DNA of 63,972 bases, filler included, from Anaerolineae bacterium (lineage in GTDB: Bacteria > Chloroflexota > Anaerolineae > B4-G1 > DUEL01), in the NCBI GenBank assembly GCA_041082215.1. It is 8 parts of 7 records of this genome, joined end to end, with 100 filler letters (N's around TTAATTAATTAA, not from the genome) between each part and the next. Parts side by side here need not be neighbours in the genome. Positions count along the whole stretch, not along the records: positions 44,147 to 53,986 come from JBDOIF010000091.1; positions 54,087 to 57,272 come from JBDOIF010000091.1; positions 57,373 to 60,102 come from JBDOIF010000160.1; 5 more parts are not named here. One strand, 5' to 3'. Shown in pieces: positions 50,944 through 59,951 of the stretch. Position 1 is the stretch's first letter; each line of letters opens with the position of its first letter. Under the pieces are notes generated by a model, which was not told where the DNA came from, searched no databases, and saw only the letters and a program-made list of their open reading frames with translations. The position numbers and the translations under genes are program-made.

Positions 50944-51223
50944 GCCCCTCATCTCCCCTGCCCCCCTTCTCCCCAACAATGGGGGAGAAGGGGGTCGGTG
51001 CCGACTTCATCACGAACGGCACGAATGGGCCGAATCCCGCGAATCGTAGAGCGTTTTTTTATTCGTGGGAATTCGTGCATTCGTGTCATCCGTGATGGCA
51101 GTAGGTAGTAATTTTTCTACTGCAAATCTAATGGACTTCTTGTGCTCATCTAACGCAGATTCGGCAAAATAAAGACGCCTTTCAGCGAAAGAGAGGATTT
51201 CGAGAGAAAGGAGGTGACGCAAG

Positions 51224-51676
51224 ATGTCGGATCTGGTACGATGGGAGCCCTTCCGTGACCTGATCAGCCTGCGTGAGGCGATGGATCGCCTGTTCGAGGA
51301 GTCCTTCGTGCGGCCGTGGGGTGGCTGGCTGCGCCCCTCCGGGGCGGAGACGCTCGCCGTGGATATGTATGAAACGGATAACGAGGTCGTCGTGAAAGCG
51401 ACCGTCCCCGGCGTGAAACCGGAGGACCTGGACATCAGCGTCACCGGCGACACGCTTACGATCCGGGGCGAGGTGAAGCGGGAGGAGGAAATCAAGGAGG
51501 AAAACTACCTGCGACGTGAGCGGTACTATGGCTCCTTCTGCCGCTCCCTGCCGCTCCCGACCCAGGTGGTCGCCGAAGACGCGGAGGCTGTGTTCGAGAA
51601 CGGCGTGCTGACCCTCACGCTGCCCAAGGCGGAAGAGGTCAAGCCGAAGGCGATCAAGGTGAAGGCGAAGAAGTAA
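51224..51676 (+). CDS. Hsp20/alpha-crystallin small heat shock protein
   Basis: WEPFRDL...VDMYET...PGV...ERYYGSF.RSL.LP...FENGVLTLTLPK. Confidence 0.94.
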   Translation: MSDLVRWEPFRDLISLREAMDRLFEESFVRPWGGWLRPSGAETLAVDMYETDNEVVVKATVPGVKPEDLDISVTGDTLTIRGEVKREEEIKEENYLRRERYYGSFCRSLPLPTQVVAEDAEAVFENGVLTLTLPKAEEVKPKAIKVKAKK

Positions 51677-51689
51677 CCCCTGGAGGTGA

Positions 51690-52139
51690 ATGATGACCGT
51701 GGTGCATTTCAACCCGTTCCGTGAGATGATGACCCTCCGGGAGGCGATGGACCGGCTCTTTGAGGAGTCCTTCGTCCGGCCCCGGGGCGGGTGGCGGCGC
51801 GGCTCGCCGGAGGAGCCCCTCCGACTGCCGGTGGATGTCTACACCACGCCGGAGGAGATCGTGCTGGTCGCCTCCCTGCCCGGGCTGTTGCCGGAGGAGG
51901 TGGACATCTCCATCGAGGGAGATACCCTCACCATCCGCGGCGAGCTCCGTCCACCCCTGGACAACGTGGAGTATCTCTTCCAGGAACGCCCCTACGGCCA
52001 CTTTGCCCGCTCGCTCACGCTCAACGTGCCGGTGGACGTGGAGAAGGCGGAGGCGGTCTTCGAGAACGGCGTCCTGACCCTCACACTGCCCAAGATGGAA
52101 GCGGTCAAGCCCAAGGCGATCAAGGTCAAGACAAAGTAG
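51690..52139 (+). CDS. Hsp20/alpha-crystallin small heat shock protein (tandem paralogue)
   Basis: REAMDRLFEESFVRP, PVDVY, ERPYGHFARSL, FENGVLTLTLPK. Confidence 0.93.
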   Translation: MMTVVHFNPFREMMTLREAMDRLFEESFVRPRGGWRRGSPEEPLRLPVDVYTTPEEIVLVASLPGLLPEEVDISIEGDTLTIRGELRPPLDNVEYLFQERPYGHFARSLTLNVPVDVEKAEAVFENGVLTLTLPKMEAVKPKAIKVKTK

Positions 52140-52156
52140 CTGCTGGGTGGGACGGG

Positions 52157-52190
52157 GAGGGCAGAGGGGAACCCCCTCTGCCCTCTCTTC
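52157..52190 (+). terminator. Probable terminator hairpin after the hsp20 pair
   Basis: GAGGGCAGAGGGG-AAC-CCCCTCTGCCCTC then TCTTC (weak U tract). Confidence 0.5.
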
Positions 52191-52240
52191 TGCCCGGGGT
52201 AGTGTGGGATGAATCGTTAACGCGCCCAGTTCCTGAACAG

Positions 52241-52323
52241 TGGGGCGGGCGGGATTCGAACCCGCACGTCCTTGCGGACAGAGGATTTTAAGTCCCCGGC
52301 GTCTACCGTTCCGCCACCGCCCC
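52241..52323 (-). tRNA. tRNA-Leu(TAA)
   Basis: GGGGCGG/CCGCCCC acceptor stem, anticodon loop CT-TAA-AA, long variable arm, GGTTCGAATCC. No encoded CCA. Confidence 0.95.
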
Positions 52324-52379
52324 ATACCATAACGGGCAGTCCGAAGGACTGCCCGTTTCTTAAAGTCCTCACCCGGAGG

Positions 52380-52451
52380 AGGCGACGGCCGGAATCGAAC
52401 CGGCGGATGAGGGTTTTGCAGACCCTTGCCTTGCCACTTGGCTACGTCGCC
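52380..52451 (-). tRNA. tRNA-Cys(GCA)
   Basis: GGCGACG acceptor stem, anticodon loop CT-GCA-AA, GGTTCGATTCC, U discriminator. Confidence 0.95.
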
Positions 52452-52467
52452 TGAACATCCTGAACTG

Positions 52468-52540
52468 AGCGGGCGACGGGACTCGAACCCGTGGCCTTCT
52501 CCTTGGCAAGGAGACGTTCTACCAACTGAACCACGCCCGC
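52468..52540 (-). tRNA. tRNA-Gly(GCC)
   Basis: GCGGGCG acceptor stem, anticodon loop TT-GCC-AA, GGTTCGAGTCC. Confidence 0.95.
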
Positions 52541-52551
52541 TGGCGGTATAG

Positions 52552-52580
52552 ATTATACCACAACCCTTACGGCAAGGCAA
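52552..52580 (-). promoter_or_regulatory. Promoter of the tRNA Gly-Cys-Leu operon
   Basis: Minus strand TTGCCT, 17 nt, then TATAAT with a TGn extension, ending 11 nt before tRNA-Gly. Confidence 0.7.
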
Positions 52581-52585
52581 GTTCG

Positions 52586-53347
52586 ATGGCTTCGATGGCT
52601 GTTTTCATCTACCTTTCCCCCCATCTGGACGACGCCGTCCTTTCCTGCGGCGGGCGCATCTGGCTCCAGAGGCGGACGGGGATGCGCGTGCAGGTGGTGA
52701 CGGTCTTCGCCGGTGGGCCAGGGGGGAAGCTTTCCCCCTTCGCCCACTCCCTCCACCAGCGGTGGGGGCTGGGAACCGACGCCCCCTCCGCCCGCCGGGA
52801 GGAGGACAGGGCGGCGCTGGCCCTCGTGGGGGCGGAGCCGGTCCATTGGGACCTGCCCGACTGTGTCTACCGCTCCGTTGCCGACGGTGCGTTTCTCTAT
52901 CCGGATGAAGGGGCGCTCTGGGGGCCGCTCCATCCGGCGGACCGGCCGCTTCTGGAGGAGCTGAGCCGTCGGATCGGTACGCTGCCTGCGGATGCGGCCC
53001 TCTGTGTTCCGCTGGGAGCGGGGGGGCATGTGGACCACCGGCTGGTGCGCCAGGCGGCGGAGAGGACAGGGCGGCCGCTCCTTTACTACGAGGAGTACCC
53101 CTATGCCGAAGGGGCTGCGACGGTGGGGGTGGCGCTGGGAGGAGACAGTTGGGAACCCGAGGTGGTTTTCCTGGACGAGGAGGCGCTGGCAGCTAAAGTC
53201 GCGGCGGTGGCCTGTTACCGCTCCCAGCTCAGCACCTTCTGGACCGACGGAGCGGAGATGGAGGCGCGCATCCGCGCCTATGCGCTGCGCGTTGGCGGTG
53301 GACAGCCAGCGGAACGGTACTGGCGCCGCTATGTAGGACAAGCTTAA
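52586..53347 (+). CDS. PIG-L/LmbE family N-acetyl deacetylase
   Basis: SPHLDDAVLSCGG, RREED, GGHVDHR, YEEYPY, YRSQL. Confidence 0.9.
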   Translation: MASMAVFIYLSPHLDDAVLSCGGRIWLQRRTGMRVQVVTVFAGGPGGKLSPFAHSLHQRWGLGTDAPSARREEDRAALALVGAEPVHWDLPDCVYRSVADGAFLYPDEGALWGPLHPADRPLLEELSRRIGTLPADAALCVPLGAGGHVDHRLVRQAAERTGRPLLYYEEYPYAEGAATVGVALGGDSWEPEVVFLDEEALAAKVAAVACYRSQLSTFWTDGAEMEARIRAYALRVGGGQPAERYWRRYVGQA

Positions 53348-53586
53348 GCTTGTCCTACAGTATTGGTCCCTATAGAGGCGCGCATCCGCGCCTATGCGCT
53401 GCGCGTTGGCGGTGGACGGCCAGCGGAACGGTACTGGCGCCGCTGTGTAGGACAAGCTTAAGCTTGTCCTACAGTATTGTTCCCTGTAAAGGCGCGCATC
53501 CGCGCCTATGCGCTGCGCGCTGGCGATGGACGGCCAGCGGAACGGTACTGGCGCCGCTATGTAGGACAAGCTTAAGCTTGTCCTAC
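53263..53586. repeat. 114-bp tandem triplication, each unit carrying the perfect 26-bp palindrome GTAGGACAAGCTTAAGCTTGTCCTAC
   Basis: Units start at 53263, 53377 and 53491. Palindromes at 53333, 53447 and 53561. Confidence 0.92.
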
Positions 53587-53986
53587 GGGCGCACGGTGAG
53601 GGCATCGAGGGAGGCGCCGGCTGTCAGGGCGACGATCCGCACCCGGTGAGTCCCCTCCCTCCAGGAGGAGAACAACTGCATGGGCTGTCCGTCCAGCCGC
53701 AGATGGCGGGCCGGACTGCTGTCCACCATCACCTCGACCTCCCCGCCGTCCGGGCCGGGGGTCAGGGTGAGGCGTCGCCCCTCAAAAGTAAAGGCCACCG
53801 CTGCGCCGGAGGCCACCGCGCGACGGTACCGCCCCAGCACTGCCGTCGGGTCCGTCACCTCCTCCCATTCCCCCTCATAGGTCAGCGCCCAGTGGTCCTC
53901 CTGATGGGTGCCGGTGTAGAGGGTAGGGGTCACCCCGGCGATGTACTCTCGCATCGCGTCGTAGACCGGCAGGGGGGTGAAATCCG
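53583..53986 (-). CDS. C-terminal fragment of a larger protein (possibly glycoside hydrolase-associated)
   Basis: Frame is open from the contig edge: DFTPLPVYDAMREY...LTYEGEW...AFTFEG...HRVRIV. Confidence 0.55.
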
Positions 53987-54086
53987 NNNNNNNNNNNNNN
54001 NNNNNNNNNNNNNNNNNNNNNNNNNNNNNNTTAATTAATTAANNNNNNNNNNNNNNNNNNNNNNNNNNNNNNNNNNNNNNNNNNNN

Positions 54087-54704
54087 CCCCGGCCGATGCT
54101 GATGGACATGCGCACCGGCTTCAGCGTGGCCGGGTCGGTTGAGCTGGGGATCATGGCCGCCTGCGGCGCACAGATGGCCCACTTCTATAACGTCCCCGTC
54201 AGCCTCCACGGCCCCTGGACCGATTCGATGACCCACGACGATCAGTCAACCCTTGAGCGCATGTACATGAATCTGATGGCAGGGCTGGCCGGGGCCAACG
54301 TCCTGGTCGGGGCCGGGATGATCCAGCAGAGCCTGGTCACCAGCCACGAGCAGTTGGTGATTGATAGCGAGATCAACAACATCGTGGTGCGGGCGCTGGA
54401 AGGGTTCGAGATGGACGAGGAGCGGCTGGGGGCCGAGGCTATCGCCCGCGTCGGCCCCGGCGGCAACTTCGTGGCCGATCCCCATACCCTCAAGTTCCTC
54501 CGGGGGGAGCGGTACACGCCCAGCCTCCTCTTCCGCAACTCCCGGGAGGCGTGGGTGGCGGGCGGCTCCAGGACCTTCCTGGAGCGGGCCAGGGAGAAGG
54601 CCCGGACGATCCTGGCCGAGCACCGGCCCAGCCCGCTGCCGGAGGACGTGGGTAAGGCGCTGGATAAGCTGGTGGCCGAAGCACTCAGACATCTGGAAAA
54701 GTAG
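54087..54704 (+). CDS. Trimethylamine methyltransferase (MttB) superfamily protein, C-terminal fragment
   Basis: MDMRTG...GSVE...QMAHFYNVP...TDS...DDQS..E...AGAN...GAG...EQLVIDSE...VGPGGNFVADPHT. Confidence 0.88.
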   Translation, partial: PRPMLMDMRTGFSVAGSVELGIMAACGAQMAHFYNVPVSLHGPWTDSMTHDDQSTLERMYMNLMAGLAGANVLVGAGMIQQSLVTSHEQLVIDSEINNIVVRALEGFEMDEERLGAEAIARVGPGGNFVADPHTLKFLRGERYTPSLLFRNSREAWVAGGSRTFLERAREKARTILAEHRPSPLPEDVGKALDKLVAEALRHLEK

Positions 54705-54796
54705 AAAACCGCAGAGGCACAAAGGACACAGAGGGATACTCTTTGTGTTCTCCAAGCCTTTGTGGTCAGATAAGCTCAAAAAAGAGGTGAGTCAGC

Positions 54797-55435
54797 ATGT
54801 CCGACGTTCTGGAACAAATCAAGAAGGAACTCTACGACGGCAACGTGGACGGGGTACGGTCCCTCACGGAAAAGGCCCTCGCGCAGGGACTCTCGGCCCA
54901 CGAGGTGCTCAACAACGGCCTGGTGGCCGGTATGGATGTGGTGGGCCGGGATTTCAGGGACGGCATCCTCTTCATTCCAGAGGTGCTGCTGTGCGCCCAG
55001 GCGATGCACGCCGGGCTGGAGGTGCTGCGTCCACTCCTGGCCGAGTCCGGCGCGCCGACGCTGGGCAAGGTGGTGATGGGCACCGTGGCGGGCGACCTGC
55101 ACGACATCGGCAAGAACCTGGTGAGCATGATGCTGCAGGGGGCCGGCTTCGAGATCGTGGACCTGGGCACCGACGTTTCACCGGCCAGGTTCGTCGAGGC
55201 GGTGCGGGCGGAGAAGGCGGCCCTGCTGGGGATGTCGGCCCTGCTGACGACGACAATGCCGGGGATGAAAGCGACGATCGAGGCACTGGAAGATGTCGGG
55301 CTGCGGGATCAGGTGAAGGTGATCGTCGGGGGCGCTCCGGTGACCGCCGCTTTCGCTAGAGAGATCGGCGCCGACGCTTATGCACCCGATGCGGCAACGG
55401 CGGTAGAGGTCGCCCGCAGCCTGGTCAAGGCTTAA
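54797..55435 (+). CDS. Corrinoid (cobalamin-binding) methyltransferase protein
   Basis: GDLHDIGKNLV B12-binding motif, MSALLTTT, VGGAP. Confidence 0.93.
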   Translation: MSDVLEQIKKELYDGNVDGVRSLTEKALAQGLSAHEVLNNGLVAGMDVVGRDFRDGILFIPEVLLCAQAMHAGLEVLRPLLAESGAPTLGKVVMGTVAGDLHDIGKNLVSMMLQGAGFEIVDLGTDVSPARFVEAVRAEKAALLGMSALLTTTMPGMKATIEALEDVGLRDQVKVIVGGAPVTAAFAREIGADAYAPDAATAVEVARSLVKA

Positions 55436-55441
55436 GGGGCA

Positions 55442-56491
55442 ATGGGCGTCCAACCTCTCCAATCCGGCTGGTGCAGAGGCGACCTCCACGTCCACACCAA
55501 CGCTTCCGACGGGGAGGCCCCTCTCCCTCAGTTGATCGAGCTTGCCCGGGCGGAGGGGCTGGACTTCGTCGCCATCACCGACCACAACACTGTTAAGGCT
55601 CTCCCACAGGCCGGGGAGGATCCGGGCTTCCTGATCCTCCCCGGCATCGAGGTCACGGTTGACGAGGGGGATTTCAACGTTTTCGGCCTCAGGGGATGGC
55701 ACGACTGGATGGAGCCCATCTGCACCGGCCCGATCCGGGTGTCGCTGGGGGGCCGGTACCGGACGACGACAGAGCTGATGCGTCGGACGGCCGCTGAGGG
55801 GCTCCTGAACTCCATCAATCACCCCCTCCTCCCTCCCTGGGAGTGGCGGGACGCCGAAACCGACCTCCGCTACGTCCACTGTCTGGAGGTCTGGAACGAT
55901 CCCTACTGGCCAGATAACGGATGGGCCAATCCGAAGGCGGTGGCGTTGTGGACCGCCTGGCTCAATGCCGGATACCGCATCACGGCGGTCGGCGGGAGCG
56001 ACTACCATTACCCGCCCCGGCCGGAGGCGGGGGACCCCGGCGAGCGGCTGGGGCTGCCCGCCACCTATGTCTGTGTGGAGGAGCGGTCTGTCGCCGGACT
56101 GCTCGAGGGGCTGAGGCGCCGCCGGGTTTTCATCAGCGTCGGCCCGAAGGTTGAGTTCCGGGCAGAGGCGGGCGACCGGAGCTGGGGGATCGGGGACGAC
56201 CTGGGGGAGCACTCGGGCGAGGTCCGCCTGATCACCCTCGTCCATCTGGAGGGGGACGGACAGGCTCTGGCCCGCATCGTGGAGAACGGTGAGGTCGTGG
56301 CCGAGAGCCACATCCGGGATGGGGAATGGAAGTGGGTCCACCGGGTCTCTGTCGGACCCGGCCACGCTCGCTGGTATCGGCTCGACGTGGTGGACCTGGA
56401 CGGTCGTTTGCTGGCGCTGACCAACCCGATCTTCGTCGGCCCCCGCTCCGCACCCCAGCTCCTTCGGTACGGTGATTTTGTGAAGGTGTGA
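55442..56491 (+). CDS. PHP-domain metallophosphoesterase (CehA/McbA-like)
   Basis: GDLHVHTNASDG, AITDHN, GIE, INHP, GGSDYH. Confidence 0.85.
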   Translation: MGVQPLQSGWCRGDLHVHTNASDGEAPLPQLIELARAEGLDFVAITDHNTVKALPQAGEDPGFLILPGIEVTVDEGDFNVFGLRGWHDWMEPICTGPIRVSLGGRYRTTTELMRRTAAEGLLNSINHPLLPPWEWRDAETDLRYVHCLEVWNDPYWPDNGWANPKAVALWTAWLNAGYRITAVGGSDYHYPPRPEAGDPGERLGLPATYVCVEERSVAGLLEGLRRRRVFISVGPKVEFRAEAGDRSWGIGDDLGEHSGEVRLITLVHLEGDGQALARIVENGEVVAESHIRDGEWKWVHRVSVGPGHARWYRLDVVDLDGRLLALTNPIFVGPRSAPQLLRYGDFVKV

Positions 56492-56511
56492 TGGGGTAAA
56501 CCGCGGAGACG

Positions 56512-57246
56512 ATGTCTTTATATCCGTTCCCCCAGTTAACGGCCCTGGCCCCCGACCTTTTCATCTTCGACAAAGGGGGCACGCTGATTGACTTCCGCCG
56601 GATGTGGAGGGAGTGGGTGGTGGAGCTGGCACACCGGCTGGAGGGAGCGACAGGTTTCTCCGTAGCGGCTCCGCTGTTTGAGGCGATGGGGTTCGACCCG
56701 CGGACCGGTCGGATCGCCCCGGAGGGGCGGCTGGCCACCACGCCGATGGCCGGGCTGCGGCGATTGACGGTGGAGGTACTCTGCCAGACTGGCCTCTCCC
56801 CTTCGGCCTCCGCGGAGGCGGTGGGGGCCGTCTGGTTTGCCCCCGATCCGGCGACGCAGGTCCGCCCACTGGCCGACCTCCCGGCCCTCTTCGGGGCTTT
56901 GCGGCAGCAGGGGGCCCGGGTTGCCGTCGCCACGATGGACGACCGGGAGCCAACCGAGGCGACTTTCGCCTGGCTGGGGGTGAGGGTGGACGGGCTGGTC
57001 TGTGGCGACGACGGCCTGCCGCTGAAGCCCGCACCGGATATGGTATGGGAAATCTGCCGTCGGGTGGGTGTTCCACCGGAGCGGTCGGTCGTCGTTGGCG
57101 ATGCCGTCGCCGATATGGAGATGGGCCGGGCGGCCGGGGCGGGGCTGGTAGTTGGGGTGCTCTCCGGCGTGAGTCCCTCGGAGCTTCTGGCCCCCCGCGC
57201 CGACCTGGTGGTGGGGTCGGTGGGGGAGCTGGTGGGCCTGGCATAG
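56512..57246 (+). CDS. HAD-superfamily hydrolase
   Basis: FDKGGTL (variant motif I), ATMD, KPAP, VVGDAVADMEMGRAAG. Confidence 0.85.
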   Translation: MSLYPFPQLTALAPDLFIFDKGGTLIDFRRMWREWVVELAHRLEGATGFSVAAPLFEAMGFDPRTGRIAPEGRLATTPMAGLRRLTVEVLCQTGLSPSASAEAVGAVWFAPDPATQVRPLADLPALFGALRQQGARVAVATMDDREPTEATFAWLGVRVDGLVCGDDGLPLKPAPDMVWEICRRVGVPPERSVVVGDAVADMEMGRAAGAGLVVGVLSGVSPSELLAPRADLVVGSVGELVGLA

Positions 57247-57372
57247 GGGTCGGTTACCTCACCCCATCCCCGNNNNNNNNNNNNNNNNNNNNNNNNNNNN
57301 NNNNNNNNNNNNNNNNTTAATTAATTAANNNNNNNNNNNNNNNNNNNNNNNNNNNNNNNNNNNNNNNNNNNN

Positions 57373-58255
57373 TCCCACCCTGTGGGAGAGGGGAGGGGGT
57401 GCCGCCGAAGGCGGCGGGGGAGGGGTGAGGGCATACCACCTCCCCCAGCCGCCGCAGTTCCTCCTCCCGGCCGGTGAAGAGCGCGTTGCGGGGGAAGGGG
57501 AGGGACGAGCCGGGCGGCAGGTCGCCGGGGAGGGTCACCTGGGGGCGCAGGCGGGCCACCTGGGCAGGCCCCAGCACAACCTGGTTCCCGTAACCGATAA
57601 TGATAACCGAGCCGGAAACGTCGCCCTGGGCGGTGAACTGGCCCTGGATCAGGGCCTGGCCCAGCGCGCGGGCCTCCTCTGGCTTCAGGGTCTCCCCCCA
57701 CCCCAGCCGCGCCAGTATCTCCCGCAGCATGGCGGTCTGCTCCCGGTGCTCCTCCCGCAAACTCAGGACGTTCTGGGCGATAACGGGCAGGGCGAAGTCC
57801 TTCAGGGAGGAGACGGCCCGCAGCAGCGCGTCGGTGTAGAGGCGGGCGGCGGCCTCTATCTGGGCGGGGGTGAGGGTCCGGCCCAGGTCGCGGGCCAGCG
57901 CCTCCCGCAGGGCCTGAGCCACGCCGGATTCGTCCAGCGCGGCGGGGAGGTCTGCCAGCGCGGCCTGGACGGCGGGGAGGTCGGCAAAGCGCAGGGTCAG
58001 CGCGCCGGAGAGCGCCGGGTCGGCACAGCGGGCCTGGACGTACTCCTCGGCGCGCCGGGCGGCTTCCAGCAACTGGCGCGCCGTCTGGGGGTCGCGCAGC
58101 CAGCGGTCCAGGCCGGCCTGCAGTTCCTGGCCGCCGATTTCAGCCAGCGCGTCCCCGGCGGCCTCCATGAACTCCTCCCCCAGCCAGGTCCGGGCCTGGT
58201 GCTTGAGGAGGGCGACGAGCAGACGGGCCAGATGTTCGGGCAGTCGGGCCGTCAT
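57373..58255 (-). CDS. N-terminal part of a probable NB-ARC/STAND NTPase protein, truncated
   Basis: Helical N-terminal domain, low-complexity GDVSGSVIIIGYGN linker, then LPFPRNALFTGREEEL, the segment that typically precedes an NB-ARC Walker A. Confidence 0.65.
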
Positions 58256-58302
58256 GTGTGTTTCGTACTCCGTACTCCCTGCGCTCCGCGACGCGCGGCC
58301 TG

Positions 58303-59817
58303 CTACGGCGTCGGGGTGGCCTCCGCCTCCTGGCAGAGCCGGATCCCCTCCAGCGCGTTGGTTTCCTCCGGATTGATCTGCAGGGCGGCCTGGAAGAGAG
58401 GGTAGGCGCGCTCGCACTGGGCCATGTAGAAATAGCAGAGCCCCAGGGTGTAGTAGTGCTCGATACGCGGTCCGCGGACCGGCTCGGCCTTCAGCTCGAT
58501 CTGGAGCCGCCCGTCGGCTCCGACCCGAAGGAGGCCGGTGCTGAAGGGAAGGCCGTCCAGCGCATCCAGGCCGTCAAACCAGCCCACATAGACCTGACCG
58601 GCGGGAAGGGCAGGCATCCCCTCCAGCGTCAGCGTGCAGTCGCCGGTCATTGTGTTCAGCACCACGCGCCCCGCAGCCGATGCCCACCGCTCCCCGTAGC
58701 CCGTCGGCGCCAGCACGGCAGCCAGGCGAACCTCGTCCCGGTCGGCCCATTCCAGCTCCCCCCGCAGCACCACATCGGACGAGGGGTAGGGGTCCGGATC
58801 GTCAGCCAGCTCGACCGTCACGTAGAAGCCACGGGCAGCACGGCGGGACGTCCGATACGCAAGCCGGATGGCCTTCTCGAAGTTCGGTATCGCGTCCTCA
58901 TAGTTCCGCCGCACATAGAAGGTGGTGGCCAGATGGCCGTAGGCGGGGGCATACTCCGGATCCGCCTCAATCGCCTGCTCCAGATAGGTCTGGGCCTGTT
59001 CGTAATCCTGAATGGCGTAATAGGTCCACCCCAACTGATCCAGCGCCTCGGCGCTGCCCGGATCCAGCTCCGACGCGCGGCGGAAGGCCTCGATGGCGCT
59101 GGCCGTGTCGGCCAGATACTGGTAGTTGCGGCCGAGGTCCATATAGAGATAGGCCAGGTATGGATGGATCTCCAGCGCTTTGCGGTAGGACTCCACCGCG
59201 CCGCTCCAGTTGCCCATCGTCTCCAGCACGTATCCGTAGTCCCGGTGGGCGTCCACGCTGTCGGGGGCCAGCTCCAGGGCGGTCTGGGCCTCGACGACTG
59301 CTTCGTTCCACCGCCTGGCGTCGGCGTAGGCCTCGGCCAGGTAGGCGTGGGCCTCGGCGTAGGCCGGGTCGAGTTCTATTGCCCGCCGGCAGGCGTCAAT
59401 CGCTTTATGGACCTGCCCGTCCCAGTCGTAGGCCATCCCCAGGGCAGCCCAGGCACGGGCGGAGTCGGGGGCCATCTGGACGGCCCTTTCTCCCAGCTCG
59501 ATCGCCTCTTCCAGGCGCTTCTGGATCGTCAGGAGGCGGATGAGGGGGGCATAGAGGCCTACATCCTCCGGGGCCAGGCGGACGGCCTGCTCGTAGGCGA
59601 GGATGGCGCCCGCCAGGTCCCCTTCCAGGTAGAGGGTCTCGGCCTCGGCGCGGTAGGAATAGGCGGAGCGGGTGGGAGTCAGCGTGGGGACGAAGGGGCT
59701 TTCGATCTCCTGGCGCTGGATAAGGGAGTAGACATAAAGGCTGGCGGCGATGACGAGGAGGAGGAAAAGGACCAGCCAGGGATTGGACCGTCTGCGCCTG
59801 CGAGGACGAAGGTACAT
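58303..59817 (-). CDS. Membrane-anchored tetratricopeptide repeat protein
   Basis: N-terminal TM and many TPR units (A.A.LG..Y...A...Y.KALE..P). Confidence 0.88.
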   Translation of the reverse strand: MYLRPRRRRRSNPWLVLFLLLVIAASLYVYSLIQRQEIESPFVPTLTPTRSAYSYRAEAETLYLEGDLAGAILAYEQAVRLAPEDVGLYAPLIRLLTIQKRLEEAIELGERAVQMAPDSARAWAALGMAYDWDGQVHKAIDACRRAIELDPAYAEAHAYLAEAYADARRWNEAVVEAQTALELAPDSVDAHRDYGYVLETMGNWSGAVESYRKALEIHPYLAYLYMDLGRNYQYLADTASAIEAFRRASELDPGSAEALDQLGWTYYAIQDYEQAQTYLEQAIEADPEYAPAYGHLATTFYVRRNYEDAIPNFEKAIRLAYRTSRRAARGFYVTVELADDPDPYPSSDVVLRGELEWADRDEVRLAAVLAPTGYGERWASAAGRVVLNTMTGDCTLTLEGMPALPAGQVYVGWFDGLDALDGLPFSTGLLRVGADGRLQIELKAEPVRGPRIEHYYTLGLCYFYMAQCERAYPLFQAALQINPEETNALEGIRLCQEAEATPTP

Positions 59818-59951
59818 CGCTGATTGCCTCCTCTAGATACAGGGCAATGATAGCATGGGTGAGAGGCAAGTCAAGCGCGCCCACCATAATAAAGCCGATG
59901 GGGTACGCAGCAAGGGGTTATTTGCTGTCCTCCCCCGCGCAGCGGGAGTCG

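Noticed and set aside
51000..51223. CIRCE/HrcA operator upstream of the hsp20 pair
   Set aside because: No TTAGCACTC-N9-GAGTGCTAA match seen.
53263..53586. CRISPR array (26-bp palindrome repeated three times)
   Set aside because: The intervening sequences are near-identical copies of each other, 88 nt long, and derive from the adjacent gene. No cas genes are present.
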